NCBI GenBank assembly: GCA_963729625.1
Contig: CAVSOU010000008.1
Location: 320,001 to 384,000, forward strand
DNA: 64,000 bases
Direction: 5' to 3'
Source of the DNA: an uncultured bacterium
GTDB lineage: Bacteria > Chloroflexota > UBA5177 > JANWHV01
Part shown: one piece after another, positions 61,723 to 64,000 of the stretch
How positions within the stretch are numbered: the stretch's first letter is position 1
Layout: every line of letters begins with the position of its first letter
Notes under the pieces: model-generated
The model's database searches: none
Told to the model about the DNA's origin: nothing
Seen by the model: only the letters and a program-made list of their open reading frames with translations
Translations under genes and position numbers: made by a program

Positions 61723-62124
61723 CTAGAGCACCCCCAGATCCCGCAGCCAGGTGACGAAGTCTTCCGGCACGGGCATTGTCGAGAGGCGCCCCTGGCGAAT
61801 GAGGCTCCAGTCGTCAAACCTGTGCGTCTCTCTGATGGTCTTGAGGCTGATTGGTTCCGCAAGCTTCCGCGCAAAGCGCACGTCCACGACCGAGCTCTTC
61901 TCATCGTTCGGATCGGGGCGCGGTGCCGAAATCACGTCGGCGACACCCACGATGCTGGACTGGCCCTGGCTGTGATAGATCAATACGCGATCGCCGGGAG
62001 CCATGCGCCTGATCACAGCCACGGCCTGGGCGTTCCGCACGCCGTCCCAGACCGTCGTCCGGTCGCGAGCCAGGTCGTCGATGGAATAGGATCCCGGATC
62101 GGTCTTGGCGAGAAAATACGGCAT
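61723..62124 (-). CDS. EVE domain-containing protein
   Basis: LAKTDP..YSIDDL, WDGVRN, M.PGD....YHS, RLSTMPV. Confidence 0.92.
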   Translation of the reverse strand: MPYFLAKTDPGSYSIDDLARDRTTVWDGVRNAQAVAVIRRMAPGDRVLIYHSQGQSSIVGVADVISAPRPDPNDEKSSVVDVRFARKLAEPISLKTIRETHRFDDWSLIRQGRLSTMPVPEDFVTWLRDLGVL

Positions 62125-62335
62125 CGATCGTTCCTTTCTTTTGTGCTCGCTGGAGTGTGCCGGTTGACGCCGGGCCAACCGCGGCTTAGTGCTGAGCTGC
62201 AGTGCCTCGGGTAGCTCCGGGCCCACTGCCGGGTCTCCTTTCGCGCATGTATTTCGAGCGCCCAGATCGTAACAGGTTCGTCCACCACTGTGCGTGCTGT
62301 GGGTGACGTGCAGGAGATGCGGTACGATCAGAGCA

Positions 62336-62480
62336 GCACTCCGGGCAGGCCGCTGTCCAGCCCGGTTCGCAGACGGCCTTTGGAGACCAACGGCGCGGCC
62401 GGAGGAGACCTGCCGAAGCACAGTTTGGAGGTTGCACAGAACAACTCACCGTCTGGCTGTACGCATACGCCCGGGAGTGT
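62336..62480 (-). ncRNA. Candidate rod-like structured RNA (6S-like geometry); strand uncertain
   Basis: Nested complementarity GCACTCCGGGC/GCCCGGGAGTGT, CAGC/GCTG, CAGACGG/CCGTCTG, central bubble, terminal imperfect hairpin. Confidence 0.4.
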
Positions 62481-62534
62481 CCACCGCGTGATCCCACATA
62501 GTGTCGTTGCGTACATCCTTCGAAGCGCTTATAG

Positions 62535-62550
62535 TTGAGAAGAATCTCAA
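62535..62550. promoter_or_regulatory. Palindromic candidate operator
   Basis: TTGAGA-AGAA-TCTCAA in an AT-rich divergent promoter region. Confidence 0.45.
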
Positions 62551-62624
62551 AACGAGGCTGTTGCCGTCGATTTGCGGCCTCACTATCACGATCTTGCGTT
62601 TGCCAAAGTAGGAGTGGGTAGCTT

Positions 62625-64000
62625 ATGAATACAACGCGTCTCCTTTCAAACGATGGAGTCTCCAACCCTGCGACGATCGGGCTCGCCCCGCGATCCGCCC
62701 GTGCCGTGAGCGGGCGACGACGCCTTGGCGTGCTTGGCGCTGTCGCGCTTGCCGTGCTGCTTGTGGGGAGCGGTCCCGCGGCCTCTGCGGCCCAGGCGCG
62801 ACAGGGCAGTGCTGCAGCGCGCGTGCAGGCAGCCGTGCCGTCGGGCGACGCCGCCTACCTGCCGGCGTCCACTGCCTTGTTTGCCAGCGCTAACCCGTCG
62901 ATTGGCGGTGTCCAGGGAACGTACCTGCACGGGCTGGAAAGCATCTTCCTGAGCGAGCCCGGGTTCGGCGGCGTTATGAAGAGCGTCACCGGGGCCAAGA
63001 GCACGAACTGCCTCGACGTCAACAACCAGGTTCTGTCGTGGATTAACGGATCGGTCACGCTTGCCATCACCGATCCGTCGGTCTTCAGTACGATGACCAG
63101 TACGCTCCCGTTAACCGGCACGAAGTCTACGAAGTCCTCCTCGACCCAGGGACTCGCCGTCCTGTTTGCCGTAAAGCCCGCCACGGTGCTGAGCATGCAG
63201 GCGCAACACAAGCTGGATGTGTTGCCGGGCATCCTCGCGCATTACCGGCTGGGCACCGCCAAGGCGGCGGGCAGCTACAGCGGCGTGAACGAGTATTCCG
63301 TGCGCATTACCGCGTGCGGCATGGATATGGGCTCCAAATCGCCGGCCTATGCCGCCATTGTGAGCAATGAGGCGCTGGTGACGCCGACATTGAAGGACCT
63401 GCAGAAAGAGATCGACACCGTCCAGGGTAAGGCAGCGTCGCTGGCAAGCACTGCACCCTACCAGCGCCTGATTGCCGCCGTACCGCCCACCGGGCTTGGC
63501 TATCTTTACGTCGATACGCCGGCGTTGGTACAGGCAGGCTCGGGCGTTGCCAGCTCGCTGAGCGGCACGACCGGCATTACAAGCACCGTGCCAAGCGTGG
63601 GCGGTGTTGCCAAGGAATTCGGGCCGTTCGGCGCCGCGCTCCTTGCTCAGGCGAACGGGTTGCGTATCCAGAGCGTACAGCTGATGAACGCTGCATCCAA
63701 GCAGAAGACTTCGATGGTCACGCCGAATCTGGGCGCGACCCTGTTGCCAGCGGGCACGATGGTCTATATGTCGATTGGCAACCTCCAGGGCGTGATCAAC
63801 AGCGTGATCGCAACGCTCAAGGCCGCGGCCGGCCCGCAAGGCGCCAAGACGTACGATCAGCTCACCGCTTCTTTCTCCAGCGTGCTCTCCCTGCTGAACG
63901 GCGAGTTTGCCCTCGGCCTGCTGCCGATGAGCGGAAAGGACGCCGCTGCCCTGGGCGCCGGCAATATCAGCGGCCTACCCCTGGCGGCGCTGTTCGGCAT
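62625..64000 (+). CDS. Secreted DUF3352-like protein, running off the window edge
   Basis: AGGAG RBS; MNTTRL...RRRLGVLGAVALAVLLV signal; 'AAYLPASTALFAS', 'LNGEFALG'; frame appears open to the edge. Confidence 0.7.
   Translation, partial: MNTTRLLSNDGVSNPATIGLAPRSARAVSGRRRLGVLGAVALAVLLVGSGPAASAAQARQGSAAARVQAAVPSGDAAYLPASTALFASANPSIGGVQGTYLHGLESIFLSEPGFGGVMKSVTGAKSTNCLDVNNQVLSWINGSVTLAITDPSVFSTMTSTLPLTGTKSTKSSSTQGLAVLFAVKPATVLSMQAQHKLDVLPGILAHYRLGTAKAAGSYSGVNEYSVRITACGMDMGSKSPAYAAIVSNEALVTPTLKDLQKEIDTVQGKAASLASTAPYQRLIAAVPPTGLGYLYVDTPALVQAGSGVASSLSGTTGITSTVPSVGGVAKEFGPFGAALLAQANGLRIQSVQLMNAASKQKTSMVTPNLGATLLPAGTMVYMSIGNLQGVINSVIATLKAAAGPQGAKTYDQLTASFSSVLSLLNGEFALGLLPMSGKDAAALGAGNISGLPLAALFG

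Noticed and set aside
62380-62425. Glycine riboswitch (GGAGA...CCGAAG)
   Set aside because: No CUCUCAGG element and the topology does not fit

Overview
GC-rich bacterial window, probably Chloroflexota or a related monoderm lineage (inferred from gene content; not certain). From left to right: (i) an SDR and a cluster of uncharacterised secreted proteins, three of them downstream of a c-di-GMP-II-like riboswitch that carries a large insertion and overlaps a terminator; (ii) metabolic and housekeeping genes: two Zn-dependent polyol dehydrogenases, TetR plus a DUF3533/ABC-2-like membrane protein with a nested triplicated ectodomain, M20 peptidase, methyltransferases, a ClpE-type ATPase preceded by a catalytically dead IS200 TnpA homolog, an Ldh-type oxidoreductase and a KimA-like permease; (iii) a divergent Pil-Chp-like chemosensory cluster (Ser/Thr kinase, CheW, sensorless MCP, soluble pseudo-MCP, 2xHpt-DICT-CheA-REC hybrid, CheW-like, two receivers) with no CheR/CheB in the cluster; (iv) a ~12 kb defence/TA island (about 39.4-51.0 kb) holding remnants of a helicase/Eco57I-type locus, an intact three-gene module (DndB-like DGQHR protein + MORC/GHKL-type ATPase + SPPY DNA methyltransferase) whose promoter carries a 22-23 bp-phased AGCT array, and five TA modules, one of them broken; (v) a MetRS with altered HIGH/KMSKS motifs, ArsA/GET3 ATPase, EamA, lactonase, ECF sigma/anti-sigma, Grx-TrxR fusion, ScpB, EVE, a candidate rod-shaped ncRNA and a truncated secreted protein. 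The best candidate for an undescribed system is the DndB-GHKL-MTase module; the chemosensory cluster is second. All calls come from motif reading; no database searches were run.
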